Shown: positions 31,649-41,039, numbered from the stretch's first letter. The stretch: 64,000 bases of DNA from an uncultured Chloroflexia bacterium (GCA_963779575.1 CAVZYT010000005.1:435440-499439); one strand, 5' to 3'. The notes: a model not told the origin generated them from the letters alone. Made by a program: numbers and translations.

Positions 31649-31730
31649 GCGCTGATCGTCGCCTGCGCGCACGCCCACGGCGAGTGACCACATCGGGCTA
31701 CGGACGAGGCGGCGACCGTCCGGTTCGCCC

Positions 31731-31829
31731 CACCGGACCGCACCGGACCGCCCACGAGGCGGTGCGCGGGCGCACCGGAATCTTGGCCGGTGCGGCGGCG
31801 ACGCCCGAAGACGCCCGTCGGGTCCGGTG
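31731..31829. repeat. CACCGGACC motif array (tandem pair plus inverted copy) in a divergent intergenic region
   Basis: CACCGGACCG x2 at 31731-31750. Inverted copy GGTCCGGTG at 31821-31829. Partial copies at about 31773, 31788 and 31843. Confidence 0.7.
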
Positions 31830-31903
31830 CGGGGCGTTGCTGCACCGCCGGTCCTGACACGCTGAGGACCCCCGTACCATTGCGGCGCGGGATCGCCCCT
31901 CTG

Positions 31904-33655
31904 ATGCTCCACGAAGAGCCCTCACGCCCTGAGGGACCGAGTGGGACTATCTGGTTGCGGCATCACCGGACACCCGTTGGCGCGCTCGTCACCGCGCTGG
32001 GCCGACCGTCGGTCCGGGCCGCGCTGGCGTCGCTGCTGCTCGTCGCCGCGATGGCCCTGCCGGCCTCGGCGGCTAGCGACAGCCACCTCCAGAACCCGGA
32101 CGTGTCGCCCGACAGCGGGCATCCCTCGACCGTCATCACGTTCTCGATCACCTACAGCAGCCCGTACGGCACGAAGCCCGACTGGGTGCACGTCAAGGTG
32201 GGCGGGAACACCCTGGACATGGCGTCCGACGGCAGCACCGACTGGCACGGCGGCGTCCGCTTCACCGCATCCTCGAAGCTGGACGTCGGCGTGTGGCCCA
32301 CGCAGTTCGTGACCCAGGTCCGCGGGCGGTACACGTTCGTCACCGACGGTCCCAACGTCACGATCGAGCCGCAGCCCACGCCTGAGCCGACGCCCAAGCC
32401 CACCCCCAAACCGACTCCGAAGCCGACTCCGAAGCCGACGCCCAAGCCCACCCCCAGGCCGACCCCAAGGCCCGCGCCGAAGCCCGCTCCGACGCCGCGC
32501 CCGACGCCGCACCCGACGCCCAGGCAGGCCAAGCCGGACCCGACGCCGCATCCGACGCCGAGGCCCAAGCCGACGGACGAGCCGACCCAGGCCGCCGAAA
32601 CCACGCCCCCGGACAACGGCTTGTCCATCGATCCCAATGCCGTGGCCTGGCCGCCGGGCTACGGGAGTCCCGCCGATACCACGTACGGGACCGAAAGCGA
32701 GCCCCCGTCGGCCGACATGACGTCACCGTCGGCGTCGCCGGATCCCCTGACCGCCGGCATCATCCTGGGAGCCGGGGCGGCCGGCGGCTCCGGCGGCGGA
32801 CCCGGCGGACCCGGTGGAACCGGCACCGATGGCGGCGGCTCCGGCGGCAGCGGCACCGACGGCGGCTCCACGCTGCCGGGAGCCGGTGGCGCAGGCGGAG
32901 CGGCGCCCCGTGACGAGCCCGGATCGCTTGGCCAGCCGCCCGGCATCCTGGCCATCCTCGCGGCCGTCATGCCCACAGCGGTCGTCACGACCGGCGCCGT
33001 CACGATGATGATGGCCTTCATGGTGTTCGGGAAGCGCCGGCGCGACGGCGAACCCACGGCACCGGACGACGTCCTCGCGGCCCAGGCCGCCCGCGGGACT
33101 GGCGCCGTGCCGAGTGCGAAGACCGTGGGCACGAAGGTGATGCCGGGTGCGGTTGCGGCGACCACCGCCGTCCAGGCGGCCGTCGCGGGCCCACCGGAGC
33201 TCGACCAGATCGACGGCCACCTCCCGCGCTGGCGGCGCCCCTCGCTGATGCAGGCGCGCAAGACCGATCCGACGCGGTCGGTGTCGACCGGCCTCAAGCT
33301 CACGTTCGACGGTGACGCCGGCAGCGCGGTCGACGGGATGGAACGCCGGCTCATCCGGTATCGCCTGGTCAGCCTCCTCAGCGCGCCCGACGAGGTCCGC
33401 GGCGTGGAGATCGGCGTCCTCGACGAGGGCGACGAGGTCGTGCTGCTCGAGAAGGCCGGGACCTACTGGCGGGTCCTGTGCCCCGACGGTCGCGAGGGCT
33501 GGCTGCACAAGATGACGCTGGGCGACGTCGTGATCGACTCGTCGGCGGCCGGCGTCGGGACGTGGACGTCAGCCGACGACGGCCCCATCCTCGGCGGCTT
33601 CGAGGACGTCATGCGCGCCTATCGCGAGCATCGCGCGGAGTTTGGCGAGGCCTAG
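31904..33655 (+). CDS. single-pass membrane protein: secreted beta-rich domain, Pro/Thr/Lys repeat linker, Gly-rich tract, TM helix, cytoplasmic SH3-like domain
   Basis: Signal-like [13 protein letters not shown]; (TPKP)n; [30 protein letters not shown] followed by KRRRD. C-terminal [35 protein letters not shown] (bacterial SH3 pattern). Confidence 0.7.
   Translation: MLHEEPSRPEGPSGTIWLRHHRTPVGALVTALGRPSVRAALASLLLVAAMALPASAASDSHLQNPDVSPDSGHPSTVITFSITYSSPYGTKPDWVHVKVGGNTLDMASDGSTDWHGGVRFTASSKLDVGVWPTQFVTQVRGRYTFVTDGPNVTIEPQPTPEPTPKPTPKPTPKPTPKPTPKPTPRPTPRPAPKPAPTPRPTPHPTPRQAKPDPTPHPTPRPKPTDEPTQAAETTPPDNGLSIDPNAVAWPPGYGSPADTTYGTESEPPSADMTSPSASPDPLTAGIILGAGAAGGSGGGPGGPGGTGTDGGGSGGSGTDGGSTLPGAGGAGGAAPRDEPGSLGQPPGILAILAAVMPTAVVTTGAVTMMMAFMVFGKRRRDGEPTAPDDVLAAQAARGTGAVPSAKTVGTKVMPGAVAATTAVQAAVAGPPELDQIDGHLPRWRRPSLMQARKTDPTRSVSTGLKLTFDGDAGSAVDGMERRLIRYRLVSLLSAPDEVRGVEIGVLDEGDEVVLLEKAGTYWRVLCPDGREGWLHKMTLGDVVIDSSAAGVGTWTSADDGPILGGFEDVMRAYREHRAEFGEA
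32368..32590 (+). repeat. in-frame Pro/Thr/Lys (TPKP/TPRP) tandem repeat tract
   Basis: [52 protein letters not shown]... Confidence 0.9.
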
Positions 33656-34614
33656 CCCTCCGGTGGCTCGACGGTGGGCTTGCGCCGTTTCGCCGGCGCG
33701 CGGCGCTCCGGCGCCTTGCGCAGCACCAGGATGTGCTGGTGCACGATGTTGGGCACGAACGTGCGCGGGTAGCCGTACGGCCGGAGGCGCGTGCCCGCCT
33801 GGTACCACGTGATGTCGCCCTTGGGCACGAGCCCCTCAGCGGCGCCGCGTGCGGCCAGGTCCGCGGCGGTGAACAGGTAGCGCCCTTCCTGGTACGCGTC
33901 GCGCACGATGAGCGCCACATAGCGGCCCGGGCGGAGCACGCGGTGGAGCTCGCACAGCACCTCGCTCATCGCGTCGAGGAACGCCGCGTAGTCCGGCAGG
34001 TTGGCGAGGTCGCCCGCGAGGTCCGAGCGCATCGCGTAGTCGGTCCGACGGTTGGCGTGGGTCTCCGCCAGCTTGCCGCCGGCCATGGTCATCGGCAGCT
34101 GCACGTTGTACGGCGGGTCGGTGGCGACGAAGTCGATTGACGCGGCTGGCAGGGTGGGCAGCAGCGCCCTGGCGTCACCGAGGCGGAGCTCCAGGCCCGA
34201 CGGGTCGAACGGGCGCTGGCCGCCCGGGTCGGCAGGTCCCAGATCGGCGAGCTGCGGCCCCGCGCCGTCGTGCTCGGCGAGCAGCGCGGCGACGGTCTCC
34301 TCGAACACCGTGTGCCAGCGGGGGTCTAGCTCGATCCCGATCGCCCGTCGTGGGCCCCGCGCGATCGCGGCGCCCAGGAGCGTGCCGCCGACGCCCGCGA
34401 ACGGGTCGAGGACCAGCTCGCCCGTACGGGTGAAGAACTCGGTGAGCCGCGCCATGAGCCGCGGCGGCTTGTTGGCGCCATGCGCCCGGCGTCGCGCGTG
34501 CCCCAGCTCGGACGGGTACGCCGTCGTCCACACCGACTTGGTGAAGTACAGCCACTCCTCGCCCGGGAGCTCGTTGAGCTCGTTGGCGGGGTGGGGTGCC
34601 CGGCGCTCGTTCAC
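33652..34614 (-). CDS. orphan N6/N4 DNA methyltransferase-like protein with motif I before motif IV
   Basis: [31 protein letters not shown] (motif I) lies about 75 aa before FVATDPPYN (motif IV). The tail [11 protein letters not shown] resembles the PF01555-type HE.il.f.K. The start is uncertain (GTG 34614 or ATG 34680). Confidence 0.7.
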   Translation of the reverse strand: MNERRAPHPANELNELPGEEWLYFTKSVWTTAYPSELGHARRRAHGANKPPRLMARLTEFFTRTGELVLDPFAGVGGTLLGAAIARGPRRAIGIELDPRWHTVFEETVAALLAEHDGAGPQLADLGPADPGGQRPFDPSGLELRLGDARALLPTLPAASIDFVATDPPYNVQLPMTMAGGKLAETHANRRTDYAMRSDLAGDLANLPDYAAFLDAMSEVLCELHRVLRPGRYVALIVRDAYQEGRYLFTAADLAARGAAEGLVPKGDITWYQAGTRLRPYGYPRTFVPNIVHQHILVLRKAPERRAPAKRRKPTVEPPEG

Positions 34615-34667
34615 GAAGGCAGCGTACCCGGCGCGACGACCCGTCCGGGACACCGAGGCCGCGGCCA

Positions 34668-34681
34668 TACAATGCGGCATG
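34668..34681 (+). promoter_or_regulatory. -10 box TACAAT 5 nt upstream of ATG 34679 (leaderless geometry)
   Basis: gccaTACAATgcggcATG, read directly. Confidence 0.35.
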
Positions 34682-37600
34682 CCGGGACGCGTGGTCAGTC
34701 GACGGTTCATCGGCCGGGAGGCGGAGCTCGCCCGAGTCGTCGAGGCGGTCACCGCTGCCGCCTCGGGTGCCGCCACCACCGTCCTCGTCGCGAGCAGCGC
34801 CGGGATGGGCGCGACGCGATTCCTCGACGAGGCGCTCGATCGGGTCACCGGTCGTCCGCAGCCACCGGTCGTGCTCCGCGGCCAGGCCCACGGACCGGTT
34901 GATCCGCCGTGGGCCGCCGTGCTGGACGCGATCGCCCCGCTCCTCGCCCAGCGTCCGGATGCCGAGCTCGACGCCCTGCTGGCCCGGGACGGGCGGCCGA
35001 TCCTGCTCGGGCTCCCCGGGATGGGGGAACGGGCCATGCGCGTGCCCGGCCCGCGAGCAAGCGACCTCGCCGATCCGGAGCGACGCCAGCCTCGCGCCCT
35101 CGAGTCGCTGCTTCGGTGGCTCGGCCGTGTCGCCGCGGAACGGCCGATCGTGATCGTGCTGGAGGACCTGCACGCCGCCGACGCCGCGACCCGGTCGTTC
35201 GCCACGTTCGTCGCCCGGATCGCCCGGGACGAGCGGATCTGCCTCGTCCTCACCTACCAGCCCGACCGGCTGACCCGGGAACACCCGCTGCGCGAGAACC
35301 TCGCGGTCATCGAAGCCGGCCTGCGTCCGCCGGTTCGCGTCGATCTCGCGCCGCTCGCCCGCCGCGAGATCGCCGGGCTGATCGAGGGGATCGACGGTGA
35401 GCGACCCTCCGCGTCCATCGTCGTGCTGGTCGCGGAGCGGTCGGCCGGCTCGCCGCTGGTGGTCGAGGAGCTGGTCGCGGCTCGGCGCGAGCTGCGTAGC
35501 GCCACGCTCACCGGCTCCCTGGCGGACCTCGTGGCCGCGCGGCTCGTCCGGCGGTCGCCGGAGTGCCGCCGCGTCCTGCGCCTCCTCGCGCCGGCGGAGC
35601 GCCCGATGGATCGCTCCCGCCTCGCGCGGGCCGCCGCCGAGATGGAGGCGGAGGAGACGCGCGGGCAGCCCCCGCGATCGACGTCGCTGCCACGCCGCGG
35701 TGCCGGGAGCCTCGGCTCCGACCTCGCCGCCGGGCTGGCTGAGGCGCTCGAGCACGGGTTCGTGCGGGCGGACGGCGCCGAGCGCCTGTCGATCCGCCAC
35801 GAGCTCGTCGCGCGTGCCGTGGTCGCCGACCTCCTGCCGACCCAGCGGACGCGCTACCGTGCCGCGCTCGCGGTGGCCTTCGACGACGTCCCGGTCGTGG
35901 CGGCGGCGCACTGGCGGGCGGCCCATCGCCTGGTGGAGGCGCGCGAGATGGCCCTCGCGGCCGGCCGCCTGGCGCTCCGCGTCGAGGCGCCGCAGGACGC
36001 CCTCGAGGCGCTCGAGCTGGGCCTGGACCTGTCCTCGGTCGACGGGGTACGGGCCATCGGCGACGCGCATCCGGACGCCGGGAGCCCCGAGCCCGCTGCC
36101 GGGGAAGGAGCGGACGGCGAGGCGGTGCTGACGATCGGCCAGCTGGCCGCCGAGGCGGCGTACGCCGCGATGCGACCCACGCGTGCGGTCGCGTACGCGG
36201 AGAGCGCGCTCTCCGCCCTGAGCGAACGGCGCGAGCGCATGGCGTATGCCGTGCTCCAGGGCCGTCTCGGCCGGTACCGGGTCGCGGCGGGCGACGCGGC
36301 AGGCGCCACGATCGCCCTGCGCAAGGCCGCGGCCACCGCACCGCCCGAGCCGTCGATCGAACGGGCGCGGATCCTCGCGCTGCTCGCTCAGGAGCGGATG
36401 ATCGCCGGCGCGTTCAGCGACTCGGAGCGCGCCGCGTCGGAGGCGCTGGAGATCGCGCGCGACCAGGGCGACGAGGCGGAGCCCGAGGCGATCCACGCGA
36501 TGACGACGCTCGCGGTGGTTCGGGCGTGGGGCGACGATCCCGAGGAGGGCGTCCGGCTGCTGCGCGAGGCGATCGAGCGCGCCCGCGAGCTCGGGCTGGT
36601 GGAGGAGTGGTGGCGCGCGGGCGCCAACATGGCGGTCGTGCTCGAGCTCCTGGGCCGCCCGGGCGAGGCGATCGACGAGGCGTTCCGGGACATGGCCGAG
36701 GCGCGGGCGATGGACCTCGACGCGGTCTACGCCAACCTCCTGGGCGGCAACGTGGCCGGCATCCTGGTCGATGTCGGCCGCTGGCCCGAGGCGCGTGACC
36801 TGAGCCTGCGTGCGCTCGACTGGAGCCCGGCGGGCATCCCGTTCGTGAACGCCATCCTCAACCTCGTGATCGTCGAGATCGAGTCCGAGGCGGGTGAGGA
36901 GGCCGGGCGCCTGCTCGGTCGCGTGCTGGTCGAGCTCGAGACGGGCGGTGACTTCCAGTTCGCGGTACCCGCCTACCAGGCGACGGCCTCGTATGCGATG
37001 TGGAGCGGCGACCTCGCCGATGCGCGGCGCGCCGCCGAACGGGGCTGGGCACGGGTCAAGGGGACCGAGGACTGGGTGCTCATGGCGCGCATGGCCTCGA
37101 CGGCGCTCGAGGTCGAGTCGGCGATCGTCGCCGAGGCGCTCGAGAAGCGCCGGATCGGCGACGTCGCCGCGTCCCGTGAGCGCGCGGGCCGGATCCTGGC
37201 CGAGGCCGACAACGCCGTGACGCAGGCCCGGCCCGACGACGACGGCACCGGACGCGGCGAGCCCGAGGCGAGCATCGCCACCGCGCGCGCGTTCCATGCC
37301 CGGCTGCAGGGCCGCGACGACCCCGCCGCGTGGGCCGACCTCGCTGGCCGCTGGCACGAGCTGGGCGACCCGTATCGCGAGGCTCGGGCGCGCTGGCACC
37401 AGGCCGAGGCGATCCTCGGTGGCGCCACGGCGGGCGCGTCGGGATCGAGGACGAGGACGGACGCGCGGGTCGTTCGCGCGGATGCCCGAGAGCCGCTTGC
37501 GGCGGCCGTCGAGCTCGCGTTGCGCCTGCGGGCGCGGCCGCTCCTGCGCGAGCTGCGCCAGCTCGGGGGCCGCGCCCTGATCCAGCTGCCGCCGGAGGTC

Positions 37601-37953
37601 GACGCAATGCTCGCGGAGCCGGCACCGGCGCCGGTCGGCCCGCGGCCGGTGGTATCGCCCGGGCCCATCGCGGAGGCGGCCACCGCCCCCACACCGGCCC
37701 CGGCAAGCTGGCCGGCGCCGGGGACACGTTCGGGCTGTCCAAGCGCGAGCTCGAGGTCCTGGCCCTGATCGCCCGTGGCCGGACCAACCGGGAGATCGGC
37801 GATCGGCTGTTCATCAGCCAGAAGACCGTGGGCGTCCACGTCGGCAACATCCTGGCCAAGCTCGGCGTGTCCGGGCGGGTGGAGGCGGCGGCCGTCGCGA
37901 TCCGCCTCGGGCTCGAGGACGGCGCGGGCTCACCGGTGGGCGTCGCCGGGTAG
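34679..37953 (+). CDS. large ATP-binding LuxR-family (LAL/MalT-like) regulator: NTPase, helical/TPR repeats, LuxR HTH; one frameshift near 37700
   Basis: FIGREAELARV, VLVASSAGMGATRFLDEAL (degenerate Walker A), IVIVLEDLHAADAATRSF (Walker B). Long helical repeat region. The C-terminus LSKRELEVLALIARGRTNREIGDRLFISQKTVGVHVGNILAKLGV lies in ORF 37330-37953. Confidence 0.85.
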
Positions 37954-38039
37954 TCCGGAGGCTTCCGGGCGACAGGACGCGCCGGGAATGGGTACGATCG
38001 ACACGATCCGCGTTGCCGCAACCATTGCCCGAGGTTTCG

Positions 38040-38534
38040 ATGCGCCGCCTCCCGATCGTCGCCCTCCTCGTCGCCGTCGCCATCGCGGCAGCTGCGTGCT
38101 CGTCGGCGGCTGGCCCCTCCTGGACCTACGCGCCGCCGACGCCCGCGCCAACACCCGGTCCGTCGGGGTCGGCTGCCCCGTCCGGCCTGCCCTCGGCTGC
38201 CCCGTCCGCGGGTGCATCGGGCGAACCGAGCGCTGCCCCGAGCGGCGGTGGTGGAGCGGCGGTCGTGATCACGGCCCAGAACATCCAGTTCACGACCCCG
38301 GAGGTCCAGGCCCCGGCCAGCGTCCCGTTCGTGATCGACTTCCGGAACGAGGACGCGGGCCAGCCGCACAACGTCGCGATCAACGACAGCGGCGGCGTCC
38401 AGAAGTTCATGGGTCCGATCGTGACCGGCGTCACCGAGGCGAAATACGACGTCCCGGCGCTCGACCCTGGCACCTACACGTTCGTGTGCACCGTCCACGC
38501 GAACATGAAGGGGACGCTCAAGGTCGGCGGCTGA
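38040..38534 (+). CDS. cupredoxin (type 1 blue copper, amicyanin-like) lipoprotein
   Basis: MRRLPIVALLVAVAIAAAAC lipobox; Pro/Ser/Ala linker. Copper ligands H (QPHNV) and C-x2-H-x2-M (FVCTVHANM). Confidence 0.75.
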   Translation: MRRLPIVALLVAVAIAAAACSSAAGPSWTYAPPTPAPTPGPSGSAAPSGLPSAAPSAGASGEPSAAPSGGGGAAVVITAQNIQFTTPEVQAPASVPFVIDFRNEDAGQPHNVAINDSGGVQKFMGPIVTGVTEAKYDVPALDPGTYTFVCTVHANMKGTLKVGG

Positions 38535-38544
38535 CAGCTCGGCC

Positions 38545-39294
38545 GTGACCCCTCGCGTCGACGAGGTCTGCTACCGGGACGCCTACGCGCGGACCCTCGG
38601 GGCGCGCATCCTGGAGGTCGTCGAGGGCGACGGCGCCCCGCTCGTCGTGCTCGACACGACCGTGTTCTACCCGGGCGGCGGTGGCCAGCCGTCGGATCGC
38701 GGCACGATCCTGCGCGGCGTTGACGGTCGAACCTGGGTGGTCCGCGGGGCTCGACGGGTCGGCGGCGAGATCGTCCACGAGCTCGAGCCGCCGGCGGATG
38801 GCGAGCTGCCCGGAGCCGGCGAGCTGGTGTCCATCGACCTCGACTGGACCCGTCGTCACGCGCTCATGCGCACCCACACGGCGCTCCACGCCCTGTGTGG
38901 CGTCGTGTGGCGAGACTACGGCGCGCTCGTGACCGGGGGCAACATGGAGCCCGGGTCGGGACGGATGGACTTCGAGTTCGAGCGGATGTCGGGCGACCTG
39001 GTCGGGGAGATCGAGGCGAAGGTCAACGACGAGCTCCACGCGAGTCGCGACGTGCGCGTGAACATCCTGCCGCGCGACGAGGCGTTCGCGATCCCCGATC
39101 TCATCCGGACCAAGGTCAACCTGCTGCCCGAGGGGATCGAGCAGATCCGCACCATCGAGATCGTGGGCCTCGACCTCCAGGCGGACGGGGGAACGCACGT
39201 CGCCAACACCCGCGAGGTCGGCGGGATCCGGGTGACCGGCTACGAGTCCAAGGGTCGGATCAACAAGCGCATCCGGATCGAGCTCACGGCCTAG
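38545..39294 (+). CDS. AlaX-like alanyl-tRNA editing / Thr-Ala tRNA synthetase second additional domain protein
   Basis: VFYPGGGGQPSDRG, RRHALMRTHTALHAL (HxxxH), DGGTHV (where AlaRS-type domains usually have CGGTH). Confidence 0.75.
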   Translation: MTPRVDEVCYRDAYARTLGARILEVVEGDGAPLVVLDTTVFYPGGGGQPSDRGTILRGVDGRTWVVRGARRVGGEIVHELEPPADGELPGAGELVSIDLDWTRRHALMRTHTALHALCGVVWRDYGALVTGGNMEPGSGRMDFEFERMSGDLVGEIEAKVNDELHASRDVRVNILPRDEAFAIPDLIRTKVNLLPEGIEQIRTIEIVGLDLQADGGTHVANTREVGGIRVTGYESKGRINKRIRIELTA

Positions 39295-39400
39295 CCTCGC
39301 CCCACGCGGTCGGCGCGACCAACATTGAATGATTCAGGCGCGCCCCGACTCATACTCCGCGAATCGGCCCCGCATGGGTCGACACCACAGGGGCCACTGG

Positions 39401-39949
39401 ATGGAGCGGAGCCTCGTCGAGCGGGCGATGCGTGGTGACGAAGCGGCGTTCGACGCGTTGATCGGACGCCAAGGCGATCACCTGCATTCGGTCGCGCGCC
39501 GGATCCTGCGCGACCCATACCTCGCCGAGGACGCCACGCAGCGAGCCCTGCTCGACATGTGGCGGTACCTGCCCACCCTGAAGGACCCCGACCGCTTCGA
39601 GGCCTGGACCTATCGGTTGCTCGTCAACGCCTGCCAGACGGAGGCCCGCCGCGAACGACGTCATCGCGGCAACCTGCGGCTGCTGCCGACCGACGAGCCC
39701 TTCGAACAGGACTCGGCCGCCCGAATCGCGACGCAGCACCAGCTCGATCAAGCCTTCCGGCGCCTCGGCGTCGAGCACCGGACGGTCGTCGTGCTCATCC
39801 ACTACGTCGGTCTGACCGCCGCCGAGGCCGCCGAAACCATGGGGACGCCCGTGGGCACGGTCCGGTCCCGGCTGCACTTCGCCCTGAAACACCTGCGCGC
39901 GGCCATCGAGGCCGACGCGCGCCTTGAGAGAAGCGTAGGCACGGCATGA
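39401..39949 (+). CDS. ECF-type RNA polymerase sigma factor
   Basis: Region 2: DATQRALLDMWRYLPTLKDPDRFEAWTYRLLVNAC. Region 4: EHRTVVVLIHYVGLTAAEAAETMGTPVGTVRSRLHFAL. ATG 39374 is an alternative start. Confidence 0.85.
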   Translation: MERSLVERAMRGDEAAFDALIGRQGDHLHSVARRILRDPYLAEDATQRALLDMWRYLPTLKDPDRFEAWTYRLLVNACQTEARRERRHRGNLRLLPTDEPFEQDSAARIATQHQLDQAFRRLGVEHRTVVVLIHYVGLTAAEAAETMGTPVGTVRSRLHFALKHLRAAIEADARLERSVGTA

Positions 39950-40989
39950 ACGGTACCGACGACTTCATCGGCCAGCTCGAGGCGTACCTCGACGACTTCG
40001 ATGGCGCCACGCCGCTGCCCGATCACGTCCGGGACGCGATCCATGCCGAGCTTCCAGGGACCCGCCAGGTTCGTCCCGTCGCGGGTCCGAGGAGATTGCT
40101 CATCATGCTGTCAACCACCACGGCTCGTGCCCGATGGGGACTCGCGGCGGCGGCGATCGTCGTTGCGGTCGTCGTCGGCGGGGCCTTCCTGACCGGAAAC
40201 CGGAATCAACAGGAGACCATCGCGGCGCCCGCGACCCCAACGCCGACCCCGACGATCGCTCCGACGCCAACGCCCACGCCGCCCGTCCTCGGCCTCCTCA
40301 GTGCGCCCACCGCCCCCTGCCCGATCCAGACCTCCGTGACCTGCCTCGACCCCGGGCGGTACAAGCTGTCGTCGCCGACCCACTGGCCAACGACGATCAG
40401 CTTCGACGTGCCCGAGAACTGGTGGGAGTGGTTTCCCGGCAACGTCGTCGAGGACTTCGAAAGCGTCCTCGTGGACAGTGGGCCCGCGGGGGGATCGGGT
40501 TGGGGCGTCTCGTTCATGACCGTGGGCGACGTCTCGCGCAACCCGTGTGATCCATCCGCCGGCACGTTTCCGTCCGCGGCGGTGGACTCGCCCACCAAGC
40601 TCGCGGCGGCCATGTCCAAGTGGCCCGGGTTCAAGGCCACGACCCCGGTACCGACCACGGTCGGCGGCGCCCAAGGGGTTCTCATTGAGCTCACCTCGAC
40701 GAGGACGCTCGCGCAGTGCCCCGATACCGCCTTCCTGTGGAAGACGGTCGCCGGCGTCCCGGTCGACGTCTACCCCATGGTCGACAAGGACGGTCTGCGT
40801 CGTCCGGGCCAGTACCGGATTGTCGATGTCAACGGCCAGCTGGTCGTCGTCCGGACGACAGATTTCCCTGGGACGTCGCCGTTCGAGGTGTCCCAGGGCG
40901 TGGCCCCCAATCCGACCGCGCACGCGGCGGACCAGGTCGAGCTGCACGCCATCCTCGACTCGATTCGGCTGGGCGCGCCACAGCCCTGA
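39946..40989 (+). CDS. membrane-anchored protein co-transcribed with the ECF sigma (putative non-ZAS anti-sigma factor)
   Basis: ATGA overlap with the sigma gene. About 60 aa cytoplasmic, one TM (WGLAAAAIVVAVVVGGAFL), a PT-rich linker, and a 230-aa extracytoplasmic domain. No HxxxCxxC motif. Confidence 0.6.
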   Translation: MNGTDDFIGQLEAYLDDFDGATPLPDHVRDAIHAELPGTRQVRPVAGPRRLLIMLSTTTARARWGLAAAAIVVAVVVGGAFLTGNRNQQETIAAPATPTPTPTIAPTPTPTPPVLGLLSAPTAPCPIQTSVTCLDPGRYKLSSPTHWPTTISFDVPENWWEWFPGNVVEDFESVLVDSGPAGGSGWGVSFMTVGDVSRNPCDPSAGTFPSAAVDSPTKLAAAMSKWPGFKATTPVPTTVGGAQGVLIELTSTRTLAQCPDTAFLWKTVAGVPVDVYPMVDKDGLRRPGQYRIVDVNGQLVVVRTTDFPGTSPFEVSQGVAPNPTAHAADQVELHAILDSIRLGAPQP

Positions 40990-41005
40990 CGCGTCCCGAC
41001 GCCAG

Positions 41006-41039
41006 CCGGGCGACGATCGGATCCTCGATCGTCGCCCGG
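41006..41039 (+). terminator. perfect 14-bp hairpin after the anti-sigma-like gene
   Basis: CCGGGCGACGATCG-gatcct-CGATCGTCGCCCGG. Confidence 0.55.

Noticed and set aside
32368-32590. CRISPR-like or non-coding tandem repeats; likewise 52168-52515, 50422-50475 and 5674-5709
   Set aside because: All of these are in-frame coding repeats (a Pro/Thr/Lys stalk, 14-residue coiled-coil units, a GQDPN insert, an Asp/Glu run). None has unique spacers or associated cas genes.
30893-34614. A restriction-modification system formed by the NERD-like protein and the methyltransferase
   Set aside because: The two genes are 2 kb apart and separated by an unrelated 1.75-kb gene. They are not co-oriented as an operon, and the NERD-like protein is membrane-anchored with no clear nuclease catalytic motif that I can see.
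30785-34700. An integrative mobile element or genomic island inserted at the tRNA-Ile gene
   Set aside because: I found no integrase, recombinase, transposase or phage gene, and no visible GC shift. I spotted no direct repeat of the tRNA 3' end downstream, but a by-eye search cannot exclude short att sites.
34175-37399. A 1074-aa ORF antisense to the LAL regulator; similar long antisense ORFs at 2936-4489, 16854-18062, 25343-27133 and 42824-44467
   Set aside because: The translations are Arg/Gly/Pro/Ala low-complexity with no motifs, and they lie opposite genes with clear family signatures. Long stop-free antisense frames are expected at about 70% GC.
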